From an uncultured Clostridia bacterium (GTDB taxonomy: Bacteria > Bacillota > Clostridia > Christensenellales > Borkfalkiaceae), in the NCBI GenBank assembly GCA_949286835.1, contig CASEDP010000010.1, forward strand, positions 1,696-65,695: 64,000 nucleotides of DNA, read 5' to 3'. Below the pieces are notes generated by a model. That model saw only the letters and a program-made list of their open reading frames with translations. It searched no databases and had not been told where the DNA came from. Both the position numbers and the translations under genes were made by a program. Shown one piece after another: positions 1-8,286 of this stretch. Numbering within the stretch: the stretch's first letter is position 1; the number at the start of each line of letters is the position of its first letter.

Positions 1-382
1 GCTTTGCGACCGCCTGCGTGAGGAAGAACACCGTCTTTAAATTGACGTTGATGACGCTGTCCCAGTTCTCCTCCGAAAATTCTATGCTGTCCTGCCTCTT
101 GATGATGCCCGCATTGTTGACGAGTATGTCCACCCTGCCGAAGCGCTTTATCGTCTCCTCCACTACCGTCGGAATGACGTCGCAGGAAGAGAGGTCGGCA
201 ATGACGTTGTAAAAATTCTCGTCGCCGAGCATCTCCGCCGTCTCCGTAGACGGACGGCGCGACACGCCGACCACTTTAGCGCCCGCCTCGACATATGCCC
301 TGCATATCCCCTGACCGAGCCCCGTGTTGGAACCCGTGACAATTGCAACTTTACCCTTAAGACTGAAAGCGTCTAAAATCAT
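1..382 (-). CDS. kduD: 2-dehydro-3-deoxy-D-gluconate 5-dehydrogenase-like short-chain dehydrogenase; N-terminal 127 codons only, 3' end lies outside the window
   Basis: Absent from the ORF track because there is no stop in the window. Translation from the ATG at 382-380 gives MILDAFSLKGKVAIVTGSNTGLGQGICRAYVEAGAKVVGV...VDILVNNAGIIKRQDSIEFSEENWDSVINVNLKTVFF. It has the TGxxxGxG and NNAG motifs and is nearly collinear with the E. coli KduD N-terminus. Confidence 0.8.
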   Translation of the reverse strand, partial: MILDAFSLKGKVAIVTGSNTGLGQGICRAYVEAGAKVVGVSRRPSTETAEMLGDENFYNVIADLSSCDVIPTVVEETIKRFGRVDILVNNAGIIKRQDSIEFSEENWDSVINVNLKTVFFLTQAVAK

Positions 383-396
383 AATTACCCCCTTAA

Positions 397-416
397 ATGT
401 GTATATCGGTACACAT
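397..416. promoter_or_regulatory. Candidate operator: perfect 7-6-7 inverted repeat ATGTGTA-tatcgg-TACACAT just upstream of kduD
   Basis: Read directly. It starts 15 nt upstream of the kduD ATG and sits just downstream of a TATAAT-like element on the minus strand. No cognate regulator gene is in the window. Confidence 0.4.
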
Positions 417-496
417 ATTATAATACACCCTATTTTTGACAATTTCAAGGGGTAAGGCAAAAATTAATGCCACAAAATTGTCCCGGGCGGGCAGCG

Positions 497-1387
497 TCAG
501 AAAATACGCTGCGACTGAATGTAGTAGTTCCAGCGCGAAGTGCTTATCTTTTCTATCTTAGCGAACTCCGACGAGGTGTGCAGAATGTAGTTGTCGCCGA
601 GATACAGCGCGACGTGACCTATGCGCTCCACTCCCGTATTGTAATAGCGCGAAGAGTTGGTGAAGAACATAAGGTCACCGCGCTTTAGCTGCGACGCCGC
701 AACCGTCTTGCCCTGTTTTACCTGGGTGCGCGTCGTAACCTGCAGGTTATAGTCAGCACCCGTCTTGAACGCATACTGGAGGAGGGACGAACAGTCGAAG
801 GCATATACGCTGAACCCGCTCAATCTGTTGCCGTACCCGTCGTGATATCTCACCGCGCCGTAGACATACTTAACGCCGAGGAGTTTCGTAGCGTCGGAGA
901 TGACGTTCTCCACCCTCTCGTCCTCGCTGGGCGTCATATATACGGTCTGACAATAGTCCGAATAGATATAGCCGAGCTTGTTCTGATAGTATGTAATATA
1001 CCAGTTGCCTATCTTGCCGACTATCGCATACAGCGACGACTGTTTTGCCTGCCCGAGAACCGAATAGTCGGTGCCTGCCCCCGCACGGATGTTGACGTTA
1101 GCAGCTATAACCGCCACATAGCCGACCTTGTCCTGTTGGGGAGGCGACTGCTCCGAACCTCCGGAACTGTCCGTACCGCCCGAAACGCCGCCGTCCGAGC
1201 CGCCGTTTCCCGCGCCCTGCTCTCCTTCGGGAAGCCCGTCGGGGAAGAGGTCCTCAATGCCGCCGTCGGTGACGAAATCTCCGTTCCCGCCCGACGCCTG
1301 TCCGCTGCAAGCGGGCAGGAAAGCCGCGCTCAAACACAATACCGAGGAGAGCGCAATCGCCGAAAGTAATTTAAACTTTTTGTTCAT
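497..1387 (-). CDS. NlpC/P60 family cell-wall hydrolase lipoprotein with an SH3b-like domain
   Basis: ORF 497..1483, trimmed to MNKKFKLLSAIALSSVLCLSAAFLPACSG (signal peptide plus lipobox). A Gly/Ser-rich linker follows, then the catalytic Cys context FDCSSLLQYAF and the His context IGHVALYLG. Confidence 0.85.
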   Translation of the reverse strand: MNKKFKLLSAIALSSVLCLSAAFLPACSGQASGGNGDFVTDGGIEDLFPDGLPEGEQGAGNGGSDGGVSGGTDSSGGSEQSPPQQDKVGYVAVIAANVNIRAGAGTDYSVLGQAKQSSLYAIVGKIGNWYITYYQNKLGYIYSDYCQTVYMTPSEDERVENVISDATKLLGVKYVYGAVRYHDGYGNRLSGFSVYAFDCSSLLQYAFKTGADYNLQVTTRTQVKQGKTVAASQLKRGDLMFFTNSSRYYNTGVERIGHVALYLGDNYILHTSSEFAKIEKISTSRWNYYIQSQRIF

Positions 1388-1598
1388 GTTTTTTCTCCTT
1401 TTTATTTGATATGCCGCATATGCGCAACCGAGCACACTACGGCGCAGCCTGCGCCGCGCGGCACTTTTATAATAATTATACACGGAGGCAATAAAATACG
1501 CAATGCAAAAATAGTGGCATTATTGGCAATATATTCTGACCTTTACAATATAATTTGTTCTTTTAGCCTTGAGATTTGCAATTTTTTATGAAATATCG

Positions 1599-1627
1599 TT
1601 GCATTGCGGCGCATAATATGATACAAT
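1599..1627 (+). promoter_or_regulatory. Sigma-A-type promoter TTGCAT-17-TACAAT for the CorC/CNNM gene
   Basis: -35 at 1599-1604 and -10 at 1622-1627, with an exact 17-nt spacer. Confidence 0.5.
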
Positions 1628-1870
1628 AAATGCAGTTGCGGTACCCTGCGGGCAAGATTTCCGTAAAAACAAGGTACCGCCGTTTAAATTATCTTTGAGG
1701 AGTGTATGGACGACCCATCTAAGCGACGAAGTGATATAAGTTGCCGTCGCTTACAATTTGAAAATTCGCCCCTGGAATACCTACGGGCGCATTTTGTGTT
1801 ACACGCAATTCCTCTGAAATTATGATTGCACGCATAAACAGCGCAAATATATAGTTTTTCAGGAGGAAAT
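1628..1870 (+). promoter_or_regulatory. Long structured 5' leader (candidate cis-regulatory RNA) with an anti-Shine-Dalgarno segment
   Basis: Perfect hairpins GCGGTACC 1638-1645 / GGTACCGC 1673-1680 and TAAGCGACG 1720-1728 / CGTCGCTTA 1745-1753. TTCCTCTGAAA at 1809-1819 is complementary, with one bulge, to TTTCAGGAGGAA at 1857-1868, which covers the RBS. Confidence 0.35.
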
Positions 1871-3130
1871 ATGCAAACAGTTTATATAATAATCATCTTG
1901 GTATGTTTTGTCTTTTCGGCTTACTTTTCGGCGACCGAGACGGCATTCACTACCGTCAACAAGATACGTCTTAAGGCAAAGGCTGAAGACGGCGACAAAA
2001 AAGCCAAGCTCATACTTAAGCTTGCCGACAACTACGACAAGTTGCTGACTACCATTCTTATAGGCAACAACATAGTAAACATCCTGGCTTCTTCGCTGGC
2101 AACCATCGTGTTCATATCGTGGTGCAACGGCGACCAGAACCTCGGCTCTACGCTTTCGACGATTGCTACGACCGTGCTCGTCTTAATCTTCGGCGAGATT
2201 ACCCCCAAGAGCCTTGCAAAGGAATTCCCCGAAGGCTTCTCCAGGTTCTCCGCCCCCATCATAAACGCGATAAGCTTTATCTTCACGCCGCTCAACCTGA
2301 TTTTCTCGCTGTGGAAGAAGCTCATCGACAAGCTTTTCCGCACCAAAGAGGACAACACCATCACCGATGACGAGCTCATCACTATGGTCGAAGAGGCCGA
2401 GCACGAAGGCGGCATAAACGCACAGGAAAGCGGCCTCATCAAGAGTGCGATTACCTTTAACGACCTTGAGGCAAAGGACATCCTCATTCCCAGAGTGGAC
2501 GTCGTTTCAATCGACTGCGAGACCACTTTCGAGGAGATCGAGAAGATATTTATGGAGACGCGCTATTCGCGTCTGCCCGTCTATAAGGATACGGTCGACA
2601 ACATAATAGGCATACTGCACGAAAAGGACTTCATAAAGCAGCGCTATGACGAGGGCTTCTCTGTGGCGAAGGCGGCTAAACCCGCGGTATTTGTTGTTTC
2701 CGGCACCAAGATAGGCGCGGTGCTCCAGCTCCTGCAGAAGAACAAGAGCCATATGGCAATCGTTTCCGGCGAGTTTGGCGACGTAGTCGGCATCATCACT
2801 ATGGAGGATATCCTCGAAGAGCTTGTCGGCGAAATCTGGGACGAACACGACGAAGTGCTTGCCGACATCACGCAGATCAGCGAGAACGAGTACAAGGTAC
2901 TCGGCAGCACCTCCGTAAACGATTTCTGCGACTATTTCGAGCTCGGCGACATAGACAGCGACAGTTCGACAATCGGCGGCTGGGTGATGGATATGCTCGG
3001 CAAGGTTCCCAATATGGGCGACGAAATAACCTATGAATTCCTGCAGATTACCGTCGTTAAGACCGAATTCAGAAGAATTACCGAACTCAAGATAATAACC
3101 CTTCCCCGCCCCGACGAGGATGATGAATAA
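1871..3130 (+). CDS. HlyC/CorC (CNNM) family transporter: DUF21 membrane domain, CBS pair and CorC_HlyC domain
   Basis: 419-aa ORF with AGGAGG 5 nt upstream of the ATG. The N-terminal TM region is followed by the typical GGINAQESGLIKSAITFNDLEAKDILIPR and CBS/CorC-C architecture. Confidence 0.9.
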   Translation: MQTVYIIIILVCFVFSAYFSATETAFTTVNKIRLKAKAEDGDKKAKLILKLADNYDKLLTTILIGNNIVNILASSLATIVFISWCNGDQNLGSTLSTIATTVLVLIFGEITPKSLAKEFPEGFSRFSAPIINAISFIFTPLNLIFSLWKKLIDKLFRTKEDNTITDDELITMVEEAEHEGGINAQESGLIKSAITFNDLEAKDILIPRVDVVSIDCETTFEEIEKIFMETRYSRLPVYKDTVDNIIGILHEKDFIKQRYDEGFSVAKAAKPAVFVVSGTKIGAVLQLLQKNKSHMAIVSGEFGDVVGIITMEDILEELVGEIWDEHDEVLADITQISENEYKVLGSTSVNDFCDYFELGDIDSDSSTIGGWVMDMLGKVPNMGDEITYEFLQITVVKTEFRRITELKIITLPRPDEDDE

Positions 3131-3187
3131 TCGCAGAGACATAAACCCATACTCATTGTGCAATAATTATTTTGGAGAAATACTCAT

Positions 3188-3388
3188 ATGGCTAAGATTA
3201 CAAAGGACACTTTAATCGTAGATTGTCTTAAGCTCAACCCCAACAGCGCGGATATTCTGCGCGCCGTAGGTATGCACTGCATAGGCTGTGCAATGGCTCA
3301 CGGAGAAACCATCGAGGAAGCCGTATTCGTACACGGCAACGACCTCGATAAGCTGCTCGAAAAGCTCAACGAGGGCATCGAGGGCTGA
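3188..3388 (+). CDS. DUF1858 domain protein (hybrid-cluster-protein-associated redox disulfide family)
   Basis: 66 aa reading MAKITKDTLIVDCLKLNPNSADILRAVGMHCIGCAMAHGETIEEA, with the characteristic CxGC...ETIEEA signature. GGAG lies upstream. Confidence 0.8.
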   Translation: MAKITKDTLIVDCLKLNPNSADILRAVGMHCIGCAMAHGETIEEAVFVHGNDLDKLLEKLNEGIEG

Positions 3389-3401
3389 AGAAGGTAAATT
3401 T

Positions 3402-3436
3402 AAAGCACCTCCTCCTGACGGAAGAGGTGCTTTTTT
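3402..3436 (+). terminator. Rho-independent terminator after the DUF1858 gene
   Basis: AAAGCACCTC / GAGGTGCTTT form a 10-bp stem followed by a T-run. Confidence 0.8.
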
Positions 3437-3622
3437 GTTGAAAATTTTGCCTGTAGAAAGGCGCTGATATCGGTACAGTTATTGTTCATTGCCCCGCACA
3501 TATGCCGCAGACAATGCGGTTTTCGGGTCAACCTGCGCCCCGTTTACGAACGCAACAGTCCTCGCCGCACAACCGGCAGAGCAACGCCTAAGAACGACGC
3601 CGCAGCGCAAGCCGCCCTGATA

Positions 3623-4063
3623 TCATTCTGCGGGCGCAACGAAATACAGAGAAATGCCGCCCGCCGAAATATCCGTAAGAATGAGCGTAAGCTCTTTAGT
3701 CCCGTCGGCATATGAGGTTATGCCCACGCTTGCCAGCCCGCAGCCCTTACCGCCGCTTTCAAGCGAATAGACGATTGCCTCGGCATTGCGCTCGCACACC
3801 GAATAGTCATACTCCCTGACCTGAGCGCCGCGCGTGAGGACGATTGCGCCGTTTTCTACGGAGATGCTCACCCCGACGACCTCGGCACCCGGGTAAACGC
3901 CGCTCATCTCCTGCGAGCAGGCAACTACGCCGCCGTCGCCTTCCTGCGCAAGCGTAAATCGCCACGCTCGCCCCTCTATCGCAAGCGCGTCCGAACATCC
4001 GACAAATAAAAGCACGGCGCACAGCGATATAGCCAATAAAATTACCTTAAATAATTTCTTCAT
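3623..4063 (-). CDS. Hypothetical small lipoprotein
   Basis: 146 aa beginning MKKLFKVILLAISLCAVLLFVGCSD (signal peptide plus lipobox). I recognise no family. Confidence 0.6.
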   Translation of the reverse strand: MKKLFKVILLAISLCAVLLFVGCSDALAIEGRAWRFTLAQEGDGGVVACSQEMSGVYPGAEVVGVSISVENGAIVLTRGAQVREYDYSVCERNAEAIVYSLESGGKGCGLASVGITSYADGTKELTLILTDISAGGISLYFVAPAE

Positions 4064-4080
4064 TGTTACCGAGTTAAAAG

Positions 4081-4109
4081 GGCAGCCTGCAAGTAACTAG
4101 CAGGCTGCC
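4081..4109 (-). terminator. Terminator hairpin downstream of the GPH transporter gene
   Basis: GGCAGCCTGC / GCAGGCTGCC form a 10-bp stem followed by CTTTT on the minus strand. Confidence 0.6.
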
Positions 4110-4131
4110 AGAATTATGTATTATTTTTGCC

Positions 4132-6069
4132 TTATTCGGAAATTACGGGCTTGTCGTACTTTACGCGGAGGGCATTGAACTCTTCGAGAGCCTTTGCCTC
4201 TTCTTTGGCAAGCTTTTCTTCCTTAGCCTTCTTCTTAGCCTCGATTGCCGCCTTTTCGGCGTCGCTGAGAGCCGCATACTTCTCTGCGGCGGCCTTTTCG
4301 GCAGCGGCTTTCTTCTCGTCCGCAGCCTTCTTCTTGGCATCTGCGGCAGCCTTCTTTTCTGCTACTATCTGCTGATACTTTGCCTCTTCCTCTTCGTAGC
4401 TGATGCCCTTCTTCTCGCACTTAGCCTTGAGTTCTGCCTTTCTAGCCTCTTCGGAAGCGACTTCGGCTTCTGCCTCTTCTCTTCTAAGGCGTTCTGCGGG
4501 TTCTACGTACTCAACGCCGTCTGCTTCCGCCTTTGCCTTCTGGTCTAAGGTGATTGCCTTGTGGTCGATCTTGGAGAACCTCTCTACGCCCATAAATATG
4601 AAGATGATAGCAATGATGATATAGCATATGGTCTCGCCGCCGATGAATATCCAGGTCATAGCCGTGCGGATGCCTTCGCTGGTTATGGTCGCTGCATTGT
4701 AGCCGGATGCGCTGAGCGTGATATTGAGGACGCCCGTTGCGATGCCCGTCATACCTGCCATTATCGCGCCGTAGATCGTCATCGTGAAACCGTCGGTACG
4801 GAAGCCGTGAACTGCCTCCTGATGGTCGAGCACGTCCGCAAGGAGTGCAAGCGACAGATACATTGCGGGGGTAGAACCCAGCGCCTTTATGCAGAACGAT
4901 GCGCATACGAGATAGAAGTTATCGGGTGCGATAAAGCCGATTGCGCCGCCTACTGCGGAGAGTATTGCGCCGAAGAGTATTGCCTTGCCCTTGCCGATCT
5001 TGTTGGAGAGCGGCCAGGCGATTACCATACCGAGCGCGGTGGGTATTGCGCCGATTATCGAAAGCGTACCGTGGAACGTACCGCCGTTAGCCGTCGAATA
5101 TACATCGTCTATGGGGAACATTGCCGAGCAGAAATAGAGCTGGGAAACGTTCTTGAGCATACCGCCGAGCTGATAGAGGAAGAAGAATATTATAATTATC
5201 CACCAGAACTTATCCTTGAAGCATACCTTTGCCTGCTTGGATATGGGGATAGCCTTCTTCTGCTCTACCACCCCCGTGATGAAGCTCTCTTCGGTAACTC
5301 TTTCGCGGGTGAAGAAGTATTCGATGAGCACGCCGAGGGCGGTTATTACCATAAGCGCGATGACGAATACCTTCCAGTGGTTGAAGGAAGCAACCATATC
5401 AATCTGTTCGATGCCGTCGATTATGACCTTGTTGCCGGCGGCGTCAAGTTCGGGAACGAACAGAAGATTGAGGAAGAAGGGCAATATCATAGTCGAAAGA
5501 CCCATTGCCGCAAGTGTGGTTGCATTGGAAATGGTTGCAAGGAGCGATCTGTCCTTGCTGTTCCTCGTGGACAGGTTTACAAGACCTGCGTGAGGGGTAT
5601 AGTAGAAGGGATATGCGATTGCAAACCAGAGGTTATATCCGATTGCAATCATACTCAAAAGCAATATCTGCTGACCAGCTTCGCTGTCCTGATTAGCATA
5701 GGGCGATACTATGAACAGAATGATGAGCGCAAGTACTGCAAGGGGCACAGACAGAAGAAGCAGCGGTCTTGCCTTACCTGCCTTAGTCCTGCTCCTGTCC
5801 ATAAGCCTGCCGACAACGATGTTGCCGAGTATGACGAATATTACCGAGATTACGGGCAACCAGTTGAAGAACTCTGCCGCCCACGCGGTGATATTCAAAA
5901 TATCCGTCATATACCTGTTGAAATAACCCGAAAGTATCGAGTTAGCCAACAATGCCAGCGTCGGTCCTATAAGGTAACCGAGCGCGCCTTCAGGGAAAAG
6001 TTTTGCATTCGCTGACTTAATCTTTGTCGAAAGCAAAGGGTTGTCAAAGATGCTCTTTTTTCCTTCCAC
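4132..6069 (-). CDS. Glycoside-pentoside-hexuronide (GPH/MelB-like) MFS symporter with a 137-aa Lys/Ala/Glu-rich C-terminal tail
   Basis: 645-aa ORF with a GTG start and AGGAGG 8 nt upstream. The body has about 12 hydrophobic segments. The tail from DQKAKAEADG to the end is low-complexity KAAEK-type sequence. Confidence 0.8.
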   Translation of the reverse strand: MEGKKSIFDNPLLSTKIKSANAKLFPEGALGYLIGPTLALLANSILSGYFNRYMTDILNITAWAAEFFNWLPVISVIFVILGNIVVGRLMDRSRTKAGKARPLLLLSVPLAVLALIILFIVSPYANQDSEAGQQILLLSMIAIGYNLWFAIAYPFYYTPHAGLVNLSTRNSKDRSLLATISNATTLAAMGLSTMILPFFLNLLFVPELDAAGNKVIIDGIEQIDMVASFNHWKVFVIALMVITALGVLIEYFFTRERVTEESFITGVVEQKKAIPISKQAKVCFKDKFWWIIIIFFFLYQLGGMLKNVSQLYFCSAMFPIDDVYSTANGGTFHGTLSIIGAIPTALGMVIAWPLSNKIGKGKAILFGAILSAVGGAIGFIAPDNFYLVCASFCIKALGSTPAMYLSLALLADVLDHQEAVHGFRTDGFTMTIYGAIMAGMTGIATGVLNITLSASGYNAATITSEGIRTAMTWIFIGGETICYIIIAIIFIFMGVERFSKIDHKAITLDQKAKAEADGVEYVEPAERLRREEAEAEVASEEARKAELKAKCEKKGISYEEEEAKYQQIVAEKKAAADAKKKAADEKKAAAEKAAAEKYAALSDAEKAAIEAKKKAKEEKLAKEEAKALEEFNALRVKYDKPVISE

Positions 6070-6180
6070 AATAGTTTCCTCCTAAAATTTTTTTTAAAAA
6101 TATACAACGGACAGGCGCAACCGGTCTACCCGTATTATAATTTTTCAAAATTCAGGTTGCCGCCTTGCGGCTCATCCCGC

Positions 6181-7212
6181 TTACATTCCCAGCTTTACGT
6201 GTTTGCAGAGGAATTTATAGCTTGCCGTAGTTATTGCCCCCTTAAGTTTCCAGGGCAGCAGGTTAAGAACCAGGCACCCCCACGTGCGGTAGCGGAGTTT
6301 TTTATAGAGTTTCTTGTCGGTCGCCTTGAAGTCCTTCCACATCTTCTTATACGCCGCGCGCCTTTCGGGGGTATCCTTAGAAGTCGTAAAGAACGAAGTG
6401 TTCATCATTATGGTGAACAGTATATGGAACGCAAGCTTTCTGAGGGGCTTGGGCATCTTCTTTATCTCTTCATAGCTGTACGCGCCGAACATTACGTACA
6501 TTACCCTCATCTGCTGGTCATAGCGCTTGGTCATATTCTCTATCGTAACCGACTGGTCGCTTCTTCCTATGAAGTAATCGTAGAGGTCGATGTCCAGATA
6601 GTACATAGTCTTTACGTGGGGAAGAGGCACATAGGCGTATATCTCGTCGACGTAGAAAGTGTGTTCGGGGAGCTTAAGTCCGCAATCCCTTAACATCTGC
6701 GTGCGGTATATGAGCGCGTGCATAAGGAGCATTCTCCACAGTCTGAACGTCTTTACGCTCTCCCAGCCGAAAAACCTGTCAACCGGCATCTTATCGGTAT
6801 ATTTGCTGACGTAACTTTCGCCCGCATACACCTTGTCGTATATGAAGTTGGATATGTACATATCGGGCGCGGTTCCCTCTGCAACGTGCTTTCTCAGGGT
6901 GTCCATAAGCACCGCGAGCGCATCCTCCCTCAGCCAGTCGTCGCTGTCGACGACCTTATAGTAAAGACCGGTTGCAAGTTCTATGCCCTTGTTTACGCCC
7001 GAACCGTGTCCGCCGTTCTCCTTGTGCACGGCGCGCACGATTGTGGGATATTTCGCTGCGTACTCGTCGGCGATCTTTGCGGTATCGTCCTTGGAGCCGT
7101 CGTTTACGATTATAATTTCCGCTTCCTCCCCCGCTTTAAGAAGGCTTTCCACGCAGTTTGCGAGGTAATCCTGCGAATTGTAGGAGGGAACGGCAAAGGT
7201 TATAAGTTTCAT
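6181..7212 (-). CDS. Glycosyltransferase family 2 protein
   Basis: ORF trimmed to MKLITFAVPSYNSQDYLANCVESLL...IIIVNDGSKDDT...VVDSDDW, a GT-A fold with DxD-type motifs. Confidence 0.85.
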   Translation of the reverse strand: MKLITFAVPSYNSQDYLANCVESLLKAGEEAEIIIVNDGSKDDTAKIADEYAAKYPTIVRAVHKENGGHGSGVNKGIELATGLYYKVVDSDDWLREDALAVLMDTLRKHVAEGTAPDMYISNFIYDKVYAGESYVSKYTDKMPVDRFFGWESVKTFRLWRMLLMHALIYRTQMLRDCGLKLPEHTFYVDEIYAYVPLPHVKTMYYLDIDLYDYFIGRSDQSVTIENMTKRYDQQMRVMYVMFGAYSYEEIKKMPKPLRKLAFHILFTIMMNTSFFTTSKDTPERRAAYKKMWKDFKATDKKLYKKLRYRTWGCLVLNLLPWKLKGAITTASYKFLCKHVKLGM

Positions 7213-7261
7213 ATTTATCACCCCTGTCACGCGGCAGGCGGTATTCCGCCGCTGTCTGAAT

Positions 7262-8212
7262 TTATCTCCTGATTGAGAATGCCAGCGTTGCCGCGCCGAA
7301 CGCGCCCGCACGACTGCCGAGCGTCGCCTTTACGACCTTGACGGGCGCGAACTTCGTGCCGCCGAAAATCTGCGCGTCGACCCTTGCCTGAAGGGGCTTT
7401 GTAAGCCTTTCGCCCTGCTCGCTTACGCCGCCGCCGAGCATTACCACCTGCGGACGGAATATATTCGCAAGGTTGCATATTCCGCACGCGAGATACTTTA
7501 CATACCAGTCGATAATTTCGTTTGCCGCCTTGTCCTCGGGATAGTCGAAGGGCGTCTTTCCACTTACCGTCTCGAGGTTATAGCTCCTCCACATAGCGGA
7601 ATCGGGGTTTGCTTCCATCACTTCTCTCGTCTTTTTCATCAGGGCGGTAGCCGAGGAATATGCCTCGAAACAGCCCTTTCTGCCGCAGGTACAGCTTTCG
7701 CCGCCCTCGACTATTACCATATGTCCCATCTCCGCGCCCGCCGACTTGTAACCTTCAAACAGCTTGTCGTCGATTATTATGCCGCCGCCCACGCCCGTGC
7801 CGAGGGTGATGAGTATGCTGTCGCGGTAGTCCTTGCCCGCGCCGAACTTAGCTTCGCCCAGCGCCGCTGCGTTTGCGTCGTTTGTGACCTTTACCTTAAA
7901 GCCCAGATATTCTTCGAGCGTGTCCGCGAGGGGGAAGTTGCGGAGATTGAGGTTGCCCGCAAACACCACCACGCCGTTCTTGCTGTCTATCATTCCCGGA
8001 CAGCCGACGCCCACGCCGGAGACGTCCTCCCTTGCGATATTGCCGCGCTTTAACATATCCTCCGTCAGTTCGCGTATGTTGCGGCACATTCCTTCGCCGC
8101 CGTCCTGCCAACCCGTGACGATGTTGCCCTGGCAATAAACTTCGCCCTTCTTGTCGATGATAATGCCCTTAATGGTCATTCCGCCGATGTCAATACCGAT
8201 ATACTTTTTCAT
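7262..8212 (-). CDS. glcK: ROK family glucokinase
   Basis: MKKYIGIDIGGMTIKG is the ATP-binding DxGG motif. CTCGRKGCFEAY is the ROK zinc motif. Confidence 0.85.
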   Translation of the reverse strand: MKKYIGIDIGGMTIKGIIIDKKGEVYCQGNIVTGWQDGGEGMCRNIRELTEDMLKRGNIAREDVSGVGVGCPGMIDSKNGVVVFAGNLNLRNFPLADTLEEYLGFKVKVTNDANAAALGEAKFGAGKDYRDSILITLGTGVGGGIIIDDKLFEGYKSAGAEMGHMVIVEGGESCTCGRKGCFEAYSSATALMKKTREVMEANPDSAMWRSYNLETVSGKTPFDYPEDKAANEIIDWYVKYLACGICNLANIFRPQVVMLGGGVSEQGERLTKPLQARVDAQIFGGTKFAPVKVVKATLGSRAGAFGAATLAFSIRR

Positions 8213-8286
8213 TTATTCCCTTCTCCCTCTGTGTCTTTGCGCCATAACTTCTGGCGGTTATGGCGCAAAAAACGCGTTGACGTAGC

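Noticed and set aside
1628-1870. An M-box (Mg2+) riboswitch upstream of the CorC/CNNM gene.
   Set aside because: The conserved M-box blocks (GTTAGGTGAGGC, GCTAAAGC) are absent. I kept the leader only as an unclassified structured leader.
3496-3510. A 15-nt exact repeat, GCACATATGCCGCAG, shared with 56235-56249.
   Set aside because: Roughly 2e9 position pairs against 4^15 (about 1e9) means about one to a few exact 15-mers are expected by chance in 64 kb. On its own it is not significant. I mention it only as context for the CATATG motif cluster.
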